Shown here: positions 10,764 to 19,775 of the stretch, piece by piece | Layout of the letters: each line of letters begins with the position of its first letter | How positions within the stretch are numbered: the stretch's first letter is position 1 | Source of the DNA: Spirochaetota bacterium | GTDB lineage: Bacteria > Spirochaetota > UBA4802 > UBA5550 | Reading direction: 5' to 3' | DNA: 64,000 bases | Assembly: GCA_050298055.1 (NCBI GenBank) | Contig: JBNKTL010000005.1 | Coordinates: 34,149-98,148 of the forward strand | The notes under the pieces: generated by a model | Database searches by the model: none | The model's input: the letters and a program-made list of their open reading frames with translations, nothing else | What the model was told of the DNA's origin: nothing | Made by a program: the position numbers and the translations under genes

Positions 10764-10940
10764 ATGGCAATTAATATGGCAGAATGCGCAGGTCATGAGA
10801 ACCACCTGTGTAACCTTATTGAGAAAAAAACACCTGTTGAGAAAATAAAATCAATGGTAATGACACCAAAATTTATCTGCAGCGGATGCGGCAGGGTTGC
10901 TGAAAGCAAAGACAATCTCTGTTCGCCGGAAGAGCTGTAA
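10764..10940 (+). CDS. small Cys-rich protein (58 aa; putative metal-binding/zinc-ribbon-like), hypothetical
   Basis: Missing from the ORF track because it is under 60 aa. Read by hand: a GAGGAAAAAAC Shine-Dalgarno then ATG; MAINMAECAGHENHLCNL...FICSGCGRVAESKDNLCSPEEL with 5 Cys and 2 His. It is convergent with selB. Confidence 0.4.
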   Translation: MAINMAECAGHENHLCNLIEKKTPVEKIKSMVMTPKFICSGCGRVAESKDNLCSPEEL

Positions 10941-10953
10941 AAAAAGAACTCTC

Positions 10954-12771
10954 TCAGGCTTTGATCCTGAAATCACCCACTCTCTTCAGGAGCCCCTCCC
11001 GCTCTATCCGGTTCAGGAGGGGAAGCATATATTTTCTTGAGATATCAATGGCGTCTCTTGCGTCGGATATGGATATCTTCTCCATGGTGTCAAAAAGGTC
11101 CATGATCTTCTCTTTTGAGCTGTTGTAAACATCCCTGTGGTAAATGATATTTCCATCCAGGCTGATGAGAAAATCCATCCTGATGAGTTCCTTGATTGTT
11201 TTTTTTCGCAGGTCGTCCTTCTCCCTGCTCAGTTCAATCCCTTTTGTGCTGCTTTCCAGTATTTCATCAAGGAGTTTCCTGCTTCCCTCGGGGAGGGTTT
11301 CCTCGGTTATGGAATCTCCCGAAAAGTACCTGCCGTCCTTTTCAATGATTGTATGCTCTTTCATTGCCAGGGGCAGGAGCTCCTTGCAGATTTCGGGGGA
11401 GATACCCGATGAATCGGATACCTCCCTGAGGTTAAGGCCGACTTTTTCCTTTATGGATTCCACAAGTGATTTTATTGAATTTTCATAATAGGCCGAGTTA
11501 AGAAGAAAGTCCTTTATCTTTATTATTTTTTTCTCTTCTTCCAGTTTCTTAATAAGCGCATCCATACTCTTTTCTGAATCTGGAAGCATCTTCATAAGGC
11601 GCTCCCTTGTGAGACAGTTAAATACGGAGAGATTGAATTCCACAATTTCAGGTTTTGTGATGTTTTGTAAAATTGAAAGGTTTTTTCTGACGGCCTTTTT
11701 CAACTTTGAATTATAATCACAGAGGACCACTTTTCCCCCGCCGATGACCCTGTATCCCCCGGGGTTTGTTATGACAAACGGCTGGCTGGTGGTGAAATAC
11801 CATTCCCTGTCGATCTTTATCCTTACGAGGTAGATACTCTTTTCTTCAACCTCTTCTAGTATGATAAGTTTTCCTTTGACATCCGAGGTCCCTACCAGAA
11901 TTTCAATTCCCAGGTTGTTCTTGATCTCTTTGGACCTGTCAAGTATCTGGACCCTTGCCACAAACTCCCTGGACTCTATGAAAAAGTTTTTCTTGAAAAG
12001 GATCCATCCCCTTTTGATCTCGTTTACGGAAACACCGGATAGGTTCAGGGCCGTTCTCTGTGACGGGTTGCCTTCTTCTACTTCATTGAAGTGGGTCTCA
12101 ATCCGCTTTATTCTCGCGTCCTTTTTTATGGGGAGGATATGCACAGTATCGTCTTCGTTGAATATGCCGTTCTTCTGTGTCCCGGTTATAACAGTTCCGT
12201 GGCCCTTTGACGCGAAAACCCTGTCTATAAAGAGATAGGGCTTGTCCGTCTTTGTGATCTTTGAGAGCCGGCGGAGGTTTTCTACGATGAGGTTTTTCAA
12301 ATTCTCAATTCCTTCACCGGTTTTTGTCGATGTGGCGGTAATATCCGATCCCTCATAGAGGGTCCCGGAAAGCTTCTCCTCAACCTCGGCCTTCACGAAT
12401 TCCACCATCTCTTCATCTGCGAGATCAACCTTGTTCAGAACAACAATCATCCTCTCGATTCCCAGGATTTGTAAAACTCTGAAGTGGTCCTCTGTCTGGG
12501 GCATCCAGCCGTCATCTACCGCGATAACAAGAAGTGCAAGATCCACACCCCAGGCCCCCACGACCATGTTCCTGATAAAACGCTCATGGCCCGGAACATC
12601 GATGATACTCACTGTGCCAAACTTCGGATATACGATACTTGCAAAACCGATATCAATGGTCATCTCCCTCTCTTTTTCTTCGGGGAGCCTGTCCGTGTCA
12701 ATCCGGGTAAGTGAATATATCAGAGAGGTTTTGCCATGGTCGATGTGACCGGATGTTCCAACAATATACAT
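10954..12771 (-). CDS. selB: selenocysteine-specific translation elongation factor SelB
   Basis: N-terminal GTPase domain (GTSGHIDHGKTSL...DRLPEEKEREMTIDIGFA) followed by a long C-terminal extension with winged-helix-like domains, giving the 605 aa typical of SelB. Confidence 0.9.
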   Translation of the reverse strand: MYIVGTSGHIDHGKTSLIYSLTRIDTDRLPEEKEREMTIDIGFASIVYPKFGTVSIIDVPGHERFIRNMVVGAWGVDLALLVIAVDDGWMPQTEDHFRVLQILGIERMIVVLNKVDLADEEMVEFVKAEVEEKLSGTLYEGSDITATSTKTGEGIENLKNLIVENLRRLSKITKTDKPYLFIDRVFASKGHGTVITGTQKNGIFNEDDTVHILPIKKDARIKRIETHFNEVEEGNPSQRTALNLSGVSVNEIKRGWILFKKNFFIESREFVARVQILDRSKEIKNNLGIEILVGTSDVKGKLIILEEVEEKSIYLVRIKIDREWYFTTSQPFVITNPGGYRVIGGGKVVLCDYNSKLKKAVRKNLSILQNITKPEIVEFNLSVFNCLTRERLMKMLPDSEKSMDALIKKLEEEKKIIKIKDFLLNSAYYENSIKSLVESIKEKVGLNLREVSDSSGISPEICKELLPLAMKEHTIIEKDGRYFSGDSITEETLPEGSRKLLDEILESSTKGIELSREKDDLRKKTIKELIRMDFLISLDGNIIYHRDVYNSSKEKIMDLFDTMEKISISDARDAIDISRKYMLPLLNRIEREGLLKRVGDFRIKA

Positions 12772-12828
12772 AGAGTCTCCTGAAACAGGTTATTGTCTCC
12801 TCTTGGCGCGGGTGATCGGTTTTCCCTG

Positions 12829-13236
12829 CTACTTGACGCCGCGGCTGATAAAAAAGCTGCTGTATTTTTTATCGGATCCCACAACATGGTCCTGGAGCCA
12901 GTCCACCAGGAAAGCAAGAAGTTCAAACGCATCAACACCTTTTCCTTCATCGAGGTCTTTTTTCAAGGATAAGACTTTTTTACTCAGCTCTTCATGTTCT
13001 TTCTTATGTGAGGCTTTATCAAAATAATGATGTTTTTCAAAAAGCTTCTCTTCATTATCAAAGTGATAATGAGTATAATCCAGCAGCTCCTGGATTATTT
13101 CAGATATCTTATCGGGACTGCCTCCCCCGGTAAGTACAGCATGAGCATTGTTAATAAGCTCGATAATTTTTTTGTGCTGAGCGTCCAGAGTATCAATCTC
13201 AACACGGAAGTTATCTTCCCATTCAAAAAAAGTCAT
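12829..13236 (-). CDS. hemerythrin-like (bacteriohemerythrin) protein
   Basis: WxDxxxV...IDxQHKxxxxLIN...HF..EE...H..F...H..F...WL..HI..D..Y spacing of His/Glu iron ligands characteristic of bacteriohemerythrins. 135 aa. Confidence 0.75.
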   Translation of the reverse strand: MTFFEWEDNFRVEIDTLDAQHKKIIELINNAHAVLTGGGSPDKISEIIQELLDYTHYHFDNEEKLFEKHHYFDKASHKKEHEELSKKVLSLKKDLDEGKGVDAFELLAFLVDWLQDHVVGSDKKYSSFFISRGVK

Positions 13237-13323
13237 ATAGTTACATCCTTTAATTTTTGTTTTTTATATTGTAACTACTCAGTTGTATGGCTGAAAATAA
13301 ACATATTTAATAAAATGCCAATA

Positions 13324-13359
13324 TTATGTCCCCGCCGCCGAAGGCGGTGGGGACATAAT
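13324..13359. repeat. family H hairpin repeat copy 3 (TTATGTCCCCGCCGCC-GAAG-GGCGGTGGGGACATAA)
   Basis: 16-bp stem (one G:T) with a 4-nt loop, between selA and the hemerythrin gene. Confidence 0.7.
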
Positions 13360-13429
13360 GGTTATCTTTTGTTCATTAACATATCTATTTTTATACATAG
13401 CTGAATAGTAACTTTATATTTTATAAAAA

Positions 13430-14815
13430 CTACGTAAACCTCTCGAGAAGTTCGTCAATGACAGATGCAATGTAGGAGATATCATCATCAAAAACAGTCA
13501 TAAAATCAAGAGTATACCTGTCGTTTATAATAGAACCTACAACCGGAAGGTTCAGTGAGATCATCCTGTTGTAGAGGTCATCCGGTTTTACTCCGGGAAG
13601 AAGTAATTCTACACCGGCGCTTTCAACTTCCAGGGTGGGAAGCGTACCGCCCCCGTAAGTGCTCATGGTGCTGACCCTTTTTACCCGGTCCTTTTTCAGG
13701 GGATTTTTGATATTCCTCATGAGTCTTGTTATTTTCCCGGAAAGGGATTTCTTGTCCTGAAAAATTGTGCTCCAGAGGGGAAGGTCCTCATGTTCTCCGT
13801 TATCATACAAAAGGAGTGTTTCCTGGATGATATAGTAGGTGATCTTATCCACCCTGATCATCCGCATGAGGGGATTTTTCCTGAGTCGGACAATCAGCTC
13901 CTTTTTCCCGATAATAATGCCCGCCTGGCATCCTCCCAGAAGTTTGTCTCCGCTGAAACATACCAGGTCCGCGCCCTGGGAAAGTTCCTGACCCACTGTC
14001 TGTTCAAAATTTGCCGGAAGTTCGCTGCCGGTAACGAGGTTACCGCTTCCCAGGTCCCTGACCAGGAGAATATGGTCGGTTTTCAGCTCTGAGAGTTCTT
14101 TTAACGATGGAGACCGGGAAAACCCCTCTATTTTATAATTGGACCGGTGTGCGGAGAATATCATTGATGTGTTCTCTGTTATACTGTTTTTATAATCATC
14201 CAGTTCGGTGATATTTGTTGTTCCCGTTTCAACAAGATGTGCCCCGCTCTGGTTCATGATATCGGGTATCCTGAATCCGCCCCCTATCTGGATCAGTTCA
14301 CCCCGGGAAACCACTGCTTCTCTCCCCCGGGCAAATTCATTGAGGATCAGGAACACCGATGAAGCGTTGTTATTGACGATGAGGGCGTCTTCGGCAGATG
14401 TGAGGTTGCAGATAAGTTCCTCTGCGAACCCGCCTCTTTTGCCCCTTTTCCCAGTTGTGAGCTGGTATTCCAGGTTGCAGTATCCTGAAAGTGCTTCGGC
14501 CGCCCGGGAGAAGATCTCCTTCCCGAGGGGTGACCTTCCGAGATTGGTGTGGATTATGACACCGGTACAGTTTATGACCTTCTGGAGTTTGTGGAGTTTT
14601 TTGATTCTGCAGTTTTTCACTATTGCCGGAACAAGCTTCTCTACCGGTACATCAGCGCCGTCCTGGATTTTTTTCCTGAAAAGGTCAATGACTTTTCGGA
14701 CGATACCGGTTACAAGCGAATGTCCTATTTCAGGAATAAAAGCAGCTATTTCATCATTCTGCAGCAGCTTTTCCACCTGGGGGATGTTGCGTAGGTTGTT
14801 CTGTGTGTCGTTCAT
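13430..14815 (-). CDS. selA: L-seryl-tRNA(Sec) selenium transferase SelA
   Basis: 461 aa. The INCTGVIIHTNLGRSPLG motif around the PLP-lysine region is typical of SelA. It is co-located with selB and tRNA-Sec. Confidence 0.9.
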   Translation of the reverse strand: MNDTQNNLRNIPQVEKLLQNDEIAAFIPEIGHSLVTGIVRKVIDLFRKKIQDGADVPVEKLVPAIVKNCRIKKLHKLQKVINCTGVIIHTNLGRSPLGKEIFSRAAEALSGYCNLEYQLTTGKRGKRGGFAEELICNLTSAEDALIVNNNASSVFLILNEFARGREAVVSRGELIQIGGGFRIPDIMNQSGAHLVETGTTNITELDDYKNSITENTSMIFSAHRSNYKIEGFSRSPSLKELSELKTDHILLVRDLGSGNLVTGSELPANFEQTVGQELSQGADLVCFSGDKLLGGCQAGIIIGKKELIVRLRKNPLMRMIRVDKITYYIIQETLLLYDNGEHEDLPLWSTIFQDKKSLSGKITRLMRNIKNPLKKDRVKRVSTMSTYGGGTLPTLEVESAGVELLLPGVKPDDLYNRMISLNLPVVGSIINDRYTLDFMTVFDDDISYIASVIDELLERFT

Positions 14816-14840
14816 AGAGTTTCCGGTTTATTCGTTGATT

Positions 14841-14930
14841 CGGAAGGGGCAGGAATCGAACCTGCCGCTACAATAAATTACAGCCAACGGTTTTGAAGAC
14901 CGCGGAGACCACCAGATCTCATCCTCTTCC
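14841..14930 (-). tRNA. selC: tRNA-Sec (selC), anticodon UCA
   Basis: Minus-strand sequence GGAAGAGGAT-GAGATCTGGTGGTCTC-CGCGGTCTTCAAAACCGTT-GGCTGTAATTTATTGTAGC-GGCAGGTTCGATTCCTGCC-CCTTCCG. It has a 6-bp D-stem with 4-nt loop, a CUUCAAA anticodon loop (UCA), a long variable arm, a GGTTCGATTCC T-arm and an 8-bp-type acceptor with one A:C mismatch. All of these are tRNA-Sec hallmarks, and the gene sits directly upstream of selA. Confidence 0.75.
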
Positions 14931-15081
14931 CTGATATTGAGTTTCACTTTCGAAGAGAATATGTCAATTATTTATTCTTTATTGAGATTTTTTTACCCCC
15001 TCATTAATTCTCCCTCTATCAGGGGGAGTTAGGGTAAAAAAATTTTAATTATGTAAACATATTTATGAAAAAAATACCTGA

Positions 15082-15114
15082 TATGTCCTCGCCGCCTTCG
15101 GCGGCGAGGACATA
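15082..15114. repeat. family H hairpin repeat copy 4 (TATGTCCTCGCCGCC-TTCG-GCGGCGAGGACATA)
   Basis: Perfect 14-15-bp stem with a UUCG loop. It carries a compensated C>T/G>A change relative to copies 1 and 3. It lies in the divergent region between selC and nuoE. Confidence 0.7.
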
Positions 15115-15237
15115 AAAGTTAATTTTTTAAATACACTTATTTTTAATCATAGCTGAATAGTAATAATAAAATATAAAATATCTTTTTTTGAAGCAGAAGC
15201 ATGAGAGAATTGTCATATCTATTGGACGGGAACAGTA

Positions 15238-15768
15238 ATGGGAAAATGCACGGAATACGATGAAAAGGCGATTTGTGAGGATGTAAAGAGCATGCTCAAG
15301 AAGGTTGAGCAGAGCCGGAGCAGCCTTATCCCCCTTCTTCAGAATATCCAGGAAAAGTACTGCTTCCTCGCGCCGGAAGCCATTGAACTTATTGCGGATA
15401 AGCTCAACCTGAATACCTGCGAAGTATACGGTGTTGCTACCTTCTACAACCAGTTCAGGTTTCACCCTCCCGGGAAACACCAGGTCAAGGTCTGTATGGG
15501 GACCGCATGCCATGTAAAGGGCGGAGATATTATTCTTGAGAACTTTGAAAGGAAACTCGATATAAAGGTCGGCCAGACCACAGAGGACAGGGAGTTCAGC
15601 GTGGACAAGGTTGCCTGTATCGGGTGCTGCGCCCTTGCCCCTGCGGTGGTTATTGATGAGAAGATACATGCCTATATGTCTCCCAGCAAGGTTGAAGGGA
15701 TCTTTCTCGGCTACGAGATTGAGAAAGAGATGCAGGCCCGGAAAGAGAAAAACCGGCAGGACCAGTAG
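15238..15768 (+). CDS. NADH:quinone oxidoreductase subunit E-like [2Fe-2S] thioredoxin-fold protein (NuoE/HoxE/HndA family)
   Basis: 176 aa with the CxxxxC...CxxxC pattern (CMGTACHVKGG ... CIGCCALAP) of the NuoE family. Confidence 0.85.
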   Translation: MGKCTEYDEKAICEDVKSMLKKVEQSRSSLIPLLQNIQEKYCFLAPEAIELIADKLNLNTCEVYGVATFYNQFRFHPPGKHQVKVCMGTACHVKGGDIILENFERKLDIKVGQTTEDREFSVDKVACIGCCALAPAVVIDEKIHAYMSPSKVEGIFLGYEIEKEMQARKEKNRQDQ

Positions 15769-15783
15769 AGAAGGAAAAGAGTA

Positions 15784-17724
15784 TTGGAGCAGAGCAGGAT
15801 AGAGAGTATCGTTTCGGCTTACGATGAATTGAAAAAGAAAGCTGAAAGTTCCCCGGGGGAGAAGGGCAGAGAGGGTATTCCGAAAATTGTCATAGGGATG
15901 GCCACCTGCGGAAGGGCCGCCGGGGCTGACGAGATAGACCTGGTTTTCCGGGAAACACTTGAAGAGAGGAATGTGGAGGCTGATATTATCCATGTGGGAT
16001 GTATCGGCCACTGCTATGCCGAACCTATCGTCATCATAGAGAATCCCGGATTCCCGCCGATATTCTACTATAATGTGACTGCCGGAAAGGCAAAGATCCT
16101 TGTTAAGTCATTCCTTGAAAAAGGCGATCCCCACTTTGAATATGTCCTGGGAGCGATGGAAGAGAATGACCTGATACCGCCGGTGTCAGGGTTTCCCCGG
16201 TTCGGGAAGGAAAAGCGGATTGTCATGGAACTCTGTGGCCGCATCGATCCGGAGAACATCTATGACTATATCCGGCAGGGAGGATACGGCAGTATTCCGG
16301 AGATCTTTCGCAGGGAGCCCGCGGAGATAGTGGAAGAGGTGAAGAAGTCCCGGCTCAGGGGAAGGGGCGGCGCCGGTTTTCCCGCGGGGCTTAAGCTTGA
16401 AATGACCATGGCATCTCACGGAGATGAAAAGTATATCATATGCAATGCCGACGAAGGGGACCCCGGGGCCTATATGGACAGGACCATTATCGAAAGCAAT
16501 CCCCACCAGCTCATTGAGGGGATGCTCATATCCGCCTATGCTGTGGGCGCTTCAAAGGGCATTGTCTATGTCCGGCATGAGTACCCCCTTGCGGTGAGGA
16601 CCCTGGAAAAGGCTCTTGAAAGCGCCGAAGAAATCGGGCTCCTGGGAATGAACATTCTCGGTTCCGGTTTCGACTTTACACTGTCGGTTTTTCAGGGGTC
16701 CGGCGCTTTCGTCTGCGGAGAGGAAACGGCGCTGATCCGGTCCGTTGAAGGGAAAAGGGGGTGTCCCGTGAGCCGTCCCCCTTATCCTTCCGGGAAGGGA
16801 CTTTACGGCAGACCCACACTTATCAATAACGTAAAAACAATTTCAACACTGCCCGCGATTATTAAAAAGGGAAGCGGCTGGTTTTCAGGTACAGGCACGG
16901 AAGGGAGTCCCGGGACCGCAATCTTTTCCATTGTGGGTGATGTTCTTCACGCGGGGCTTGTGGAGATCCCCATGGGTGTCACCATACGCTCCCTTATCTT
17001 CGATATCTGCGGCGGCATCCCCAATCATAAAAAGTTCAAGGCGGTACAGATAGGCGGTCCCTCAGGGGGCTGTCTGCCGGAGGAGTGCCTGGATACACCC
17101 ATAGATTTCGATTCGCTTAAGGAAGCCGGGGCCATGATGGGCTCCGGCGGAATGGTGGTCATGGATGAGGACACATGCATGGTTGATGTGGCCCGGTACT
17201 TCCTTGAGTTTACCCAGAACGAATCGTGCGGCAAGTGTACCTTCTGCCGGATCGGGACAAAGCACCTTCTCTCCATCCTCGAAAGGATAACCCGCGGTGA
17301 AGGAAGGGAGGGGGACATCGAGCTCCTGGAAGAACTCAGCAGGGACATAAAGGAAGGTTCTCTCTGTAACCTGGGGAAGACAGCGCCAAACCCGGTCCTT
17401 ACCACAATTAAGTATTTCCGGGAGGAGTATGAGGCGCATATAAAGGAGAAGAAGTGTCCCTCGTTGAGCTGCCGGTCTCTCACGGCATTCTATATTGACC
17501 TCGATAAGTGCGCCAGGGGATGCGACGCGTGCGTGGGAAGCTGCCCGGTTGACTGCATCTTCACAACAAAGGGCAGGAAGAAGGGGATAGACCAGGAGAC
17601 ATGCGTGAAATGCGGTGAATGCGTCACTGCCTGTCCCGACGAATATGATGCGGTCATAAAGATATCCCCCGCCGGCCTGGTGCCGGTAGTGGAAAGACTT
17701 GAAGACGCGGGACATAAGAAATAG
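15784..17724 (+). CDS. NuoF-like NAD(H)-binding flavoprotein with N-terminal thioredoxin-like domain and C-terminal 2x[4Fe-4S] ferredoxin domain (HydB/HndC-type)
   Basis: GRGGAGFPAGLK and ICNADEGDPGAYMDR (FMN/NADH site), ESCGKCTFCRIG (N3 cluster), and C-terminal CxxCxxCxxxCP x2. Confidence 0.85.
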   Translation: MEQSRIESIVSAYDELKKKAESSPGEKGREGIPKIVIGMATCGRAAGADEIDLVFRETLEERNVEADIIHVGCIGHCYAEPIVIIENPGFPPIFYYNVTAGKAKILVKSFLEKGDPHFEYVLGAMEENDLIPPVSGFPRFGKEKRIVMELCGRIDPENIYDYIRQGGYGSIPEIFRREPAEIVEEVKKSRLRGRGGAGFPAGLKLEMTMASHGDEKYIICNADEGDPGAYMDRTIIESNPHQLIEGMLISAYAVGASKGIVYVRHEYPLAVRTLEKALESAEEIGLLGMNILGSGFDFTLSVFQGSGAFVCGEETALIRSVEGKRGCPVSRPPYPSGKGLYGRPTLINNVKTISTLPAIIKKGSGWFSGTGTEGSPGTAIFSIVGDVLHAGLVEIPMGVTIRSLIFDICGGIPNHKKFKAVQIGGPSGGCLPEECLDTPIDFDSLKEAGAMMGSGGMVVMDEDTCMVDVARYFLEFTQNESCGKCTFCRIGTKHLLSILERITRGEGREGDIELLEELSRDIKEGSLCNLGKTAPNPVLTTIKYFREEYEAHIKEKKCPSLSCRSLTAFYIDLDKCARGCDACVGSCPVDCIFTTKGRKKGIDQETCVKCGECVTACPDEYDAVIKISPAGLVPVVERLEDAGHKK

Positions 17725-17726
17725 TC

Positions 17727-18371
17727 ATGGTAAAGATATTTGTGGACAACAGGGAACTTGAAGCCGAAGCCGGGGCAAATCTGTTGAAGATATGTCTTGA
17801 TCATGACATCTATATCCCGAACCTCTGTTATGTCCAGGGGATGGAGGAGCCACCGGCATCCTGCAGGCTCTGCTTTGTGGATGTTGAAGGTGAAAAGGAA
17901 CCCCTTGCCGCCTGTACCCTGGAGGCCAGGGAAGGTCTCAGGGTGAACACGGACACTCCCCGGGTCAGGAAACTTCAGAAGGCGGCCCTGGAACTGATCA
18001 TGTCGACCCACCGGATCGACTGCGGAAACTGCCCCTCAAGCAAAAACTGTGTCCTGATAAAAATCAGCAAATTACTGAAGATACCCCTGAAACCGAAAAG
18101 GGTCGAAGGGATAAACCGTGAGAGGGAGGCGGAAGAGCATCCATTCCTTGTCTATGACCATACCAAATGTGTTATGTGCAGAAAATGCATCTACAGGTGC
18201 GGCCGGCTTTATGAACATCCCTATCTCACAGTAGGGGGAAGGGGCCTGGAGGCAGGTATCAGCTTTTTCGGTGAAACCGATCCGGAGAAGATCCCATGTA
18301 AAGACTGCCTGGCCTGTGTTGAGGAATGCCCGGTCTCGGCGCTTGTGCCCCGTGACCCCCTGACCTCCTAA
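17727..18371 (+). CDS. NuoG N-terminal-like FeS protein ([2Fe-2S] plus His-ligated and classical [4Fe-4S]; HoxU-like), without a catalytic domain
   Basis: Plant-type 2Fe-2S Cys spacing at the N-terminus, an HxxxCxxC...C motif and a CxxCxxCxxxCP motif. It ends after 214 aa. Confidence 0.7.
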   Translation: MVKIFVDNRELEAEAGANLLKICLDHDIYIPNLCYVQGMEEPPASCRLCFVDVEGEKEPLAACTLEAREGLRVNTDTPRVRKLQKAALELIMSTHRIDCGNCPSSKNCVLIKISKLLKIPLKPKRVEGINREREAEEHPFLVYDHTKCVMCRKCIYRCGRLYEHPYLTVGGRGLEAGISFFGETDPEKIPCKDCLACVEECPVSALVPRDPLTS

Positions 18372-18382
18372 GAGGGCAGTTG

Positions 18383-18454
18383 GCCCCCTAACCCCCGGAG
18401 GGGGCACAAGAGTTCAGGAAAAGAATCTTTCGCCCCCTCAGGGGGATGGGGGGA
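18383..18454. repeat. bipartite GC-rich intergenic repeat, family G copy 1 (GCCCCCTAACCCCCGGAGGGGGCACAAGAG ... GCCCCCTCAGGGGGATGGGGGGA)
   Basis: Two short G5/C5 hairpins separated by ~19 nt, immediately after the stop of 17727..18371. A near-identical copy lies at 56195..56266. Confidence 0.65.
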
Positions 18455-18505
18455 ATGATTAAGGCAGATTCTGTGGCAAATGAGAAAATGAGTTAAGAAT
18501 TAAAT

Positions 18506-19120
18506 ATGAACAAAAAATACATCATAAAAGCAAACTCCCTCTCAAAGAGGTTCGGGAGGCAGCGGCTTTTTAAAGAGATTAACTTCCGGGTTGAAACCGG
18601 GGGTTCTCTGGCTGTGACCGGGCCCAACGGGTCGGGGAAATCCACCCTGGTCCAGATACTGGCGGGGCTGCAGGCCCCCACAAAGGGGAAAGTGGAGTTC
18701 AGGCAGAATGACAGGGTGCTGGAGAAATATTCCCTGAACGCTCACTACGGATTTATCAGCCCCCTTATCAATCCCTACGATGAACTTACGGGAATTGAGA
18801 ATATCCGTTTCTCACTGAAAGGGGCCCCTGATGAGGAGAAGATCAAATCGCTCCTTGAGGACTTTAAACTCTTTGAACAGAGGAACAGGATCGTGCGGCA
18901 CTACTCATCGGGCATGAAACAGAGGCTCAAGTTCATCATATCCGTCATTAACGATCCCCCTGTTCTTTTTCTCGATGAACCGGGGACAAATCTTGACAGG
19001 GAGGGGAAGGAGACAATCTATTCATATATAAAGAACATAAGGAAAGATAAGCTGATTGTTATGGCCACCAACGAGAAGGAAGAGGTCAGGCTCTGCGGCG
19101 GGGAGGTCAGGATTGCTTGA
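18506..19120 (+). CDS. ccmA: heme exporter ATP-binding protein CcmA
   Basis: ABC ATPase (GPNGSGKSTL Walker A, LSGGMKQRL-like signature). Small size and position before ccmBC. Confidence 0.8.
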   Translation: MNKKYIIKANSLSKRFGRQRLFKEINFRVETGGSLAVTGPNGSGKSTLVQILAGLQAPTKGKVEFRQNDRVLEKYSLNAHYGFISPLINPYDELTGIENIRFSLKGAPDEEKIKSLLEDFKLFEQRNRIVRHYSSGMKQRLKFIISVINDPPVLFLDEPGTNLDREGKETIYSYIKNIRKDKLIVMATNEKEEVRLCGGEVRIA

Positions 19121-19775
19121 GGAGATTATCAGGAACCTGAAAAAGGACCTCAGGGTTGAGTTCAGAAACCGCTCGGCCCTGAATATTTCCCTGGCCTTCG
19201 CGGGGATATCGACCCTTGCAATAAGCCTGGCAACCGGCGGCGTCCCCTTTTCAGTGAAGCTCCAGGCGGTTCTCCTCTGGATCATCATGTTCTTCAGCGC
19301 CATGAACGGGCTGGCCCACATTTTCACCCGGGAAGAGGAGGAGAGGACCTCCCTTTTTCTCAGGCTAAATACCTCCCTGGAGTCCATATTCCTCTCAAAG
19401 CTGGTTTTTAACTTCCTTTTTTTTCTGGTTTTACAGATCGTCGTGTGCCCTCTCTATGTCTTTTTCCTGCAGATTGAGGTGAAATCGCCTCTTCTCTTCC
19501 TGCTCGTAGTCTTTTCAGGGGGGATATCCATATCCTCTGCCACCACAATACTGGGGGCCATGGTCTCCCGGGCGGGAGGCAAGGGGTCCCTTTTCACGGT
19601 GATCTCCTTTCCCATTATTCTGCCGGTCCTCTGGATCGCCATCTCCTCCACATCAGAGGCCCTGGAGAAAGGGGACGCGTCCGGGTACGGCACCATCCTT
19701 TTTTTCCTTGCATTTTCAGGTGTAATAATATCTTTATCATTTTTACTGTTCAGGTATATCTGGGTTGAAGAATGA
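19113..19775 (+). CDS. ccmB: heme exporter membrane protein CcmB
   Basis: Polytopic membrane protein directly between ccmA and ccmC. The ORF track begins at 19056, overlapping ccmA by 65 nt. The TTG at 19113 overlapping the ccmA stop is a more likely start, but that is uncertain. Confidence 0.7.
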   Translation: MLEEIIRNLKKDLRVEFRNRSALNISLAFAGISTLAISLATGGVPFSVKLQAVLLWIIMFFSAMNGLAHIFTREEEERTSLFLRLNTSLESIFLSKLVFNFLFFLVLQIVVCPLYVFFLQIEVKSPLLFLLVVFSGGISISSATTILGAMVSRAGGKGSLFTVISFPIILPVLWIAISSTSEALEKGDASGYGTILFFLAFSGVIISLSFLLFRYIWVEE

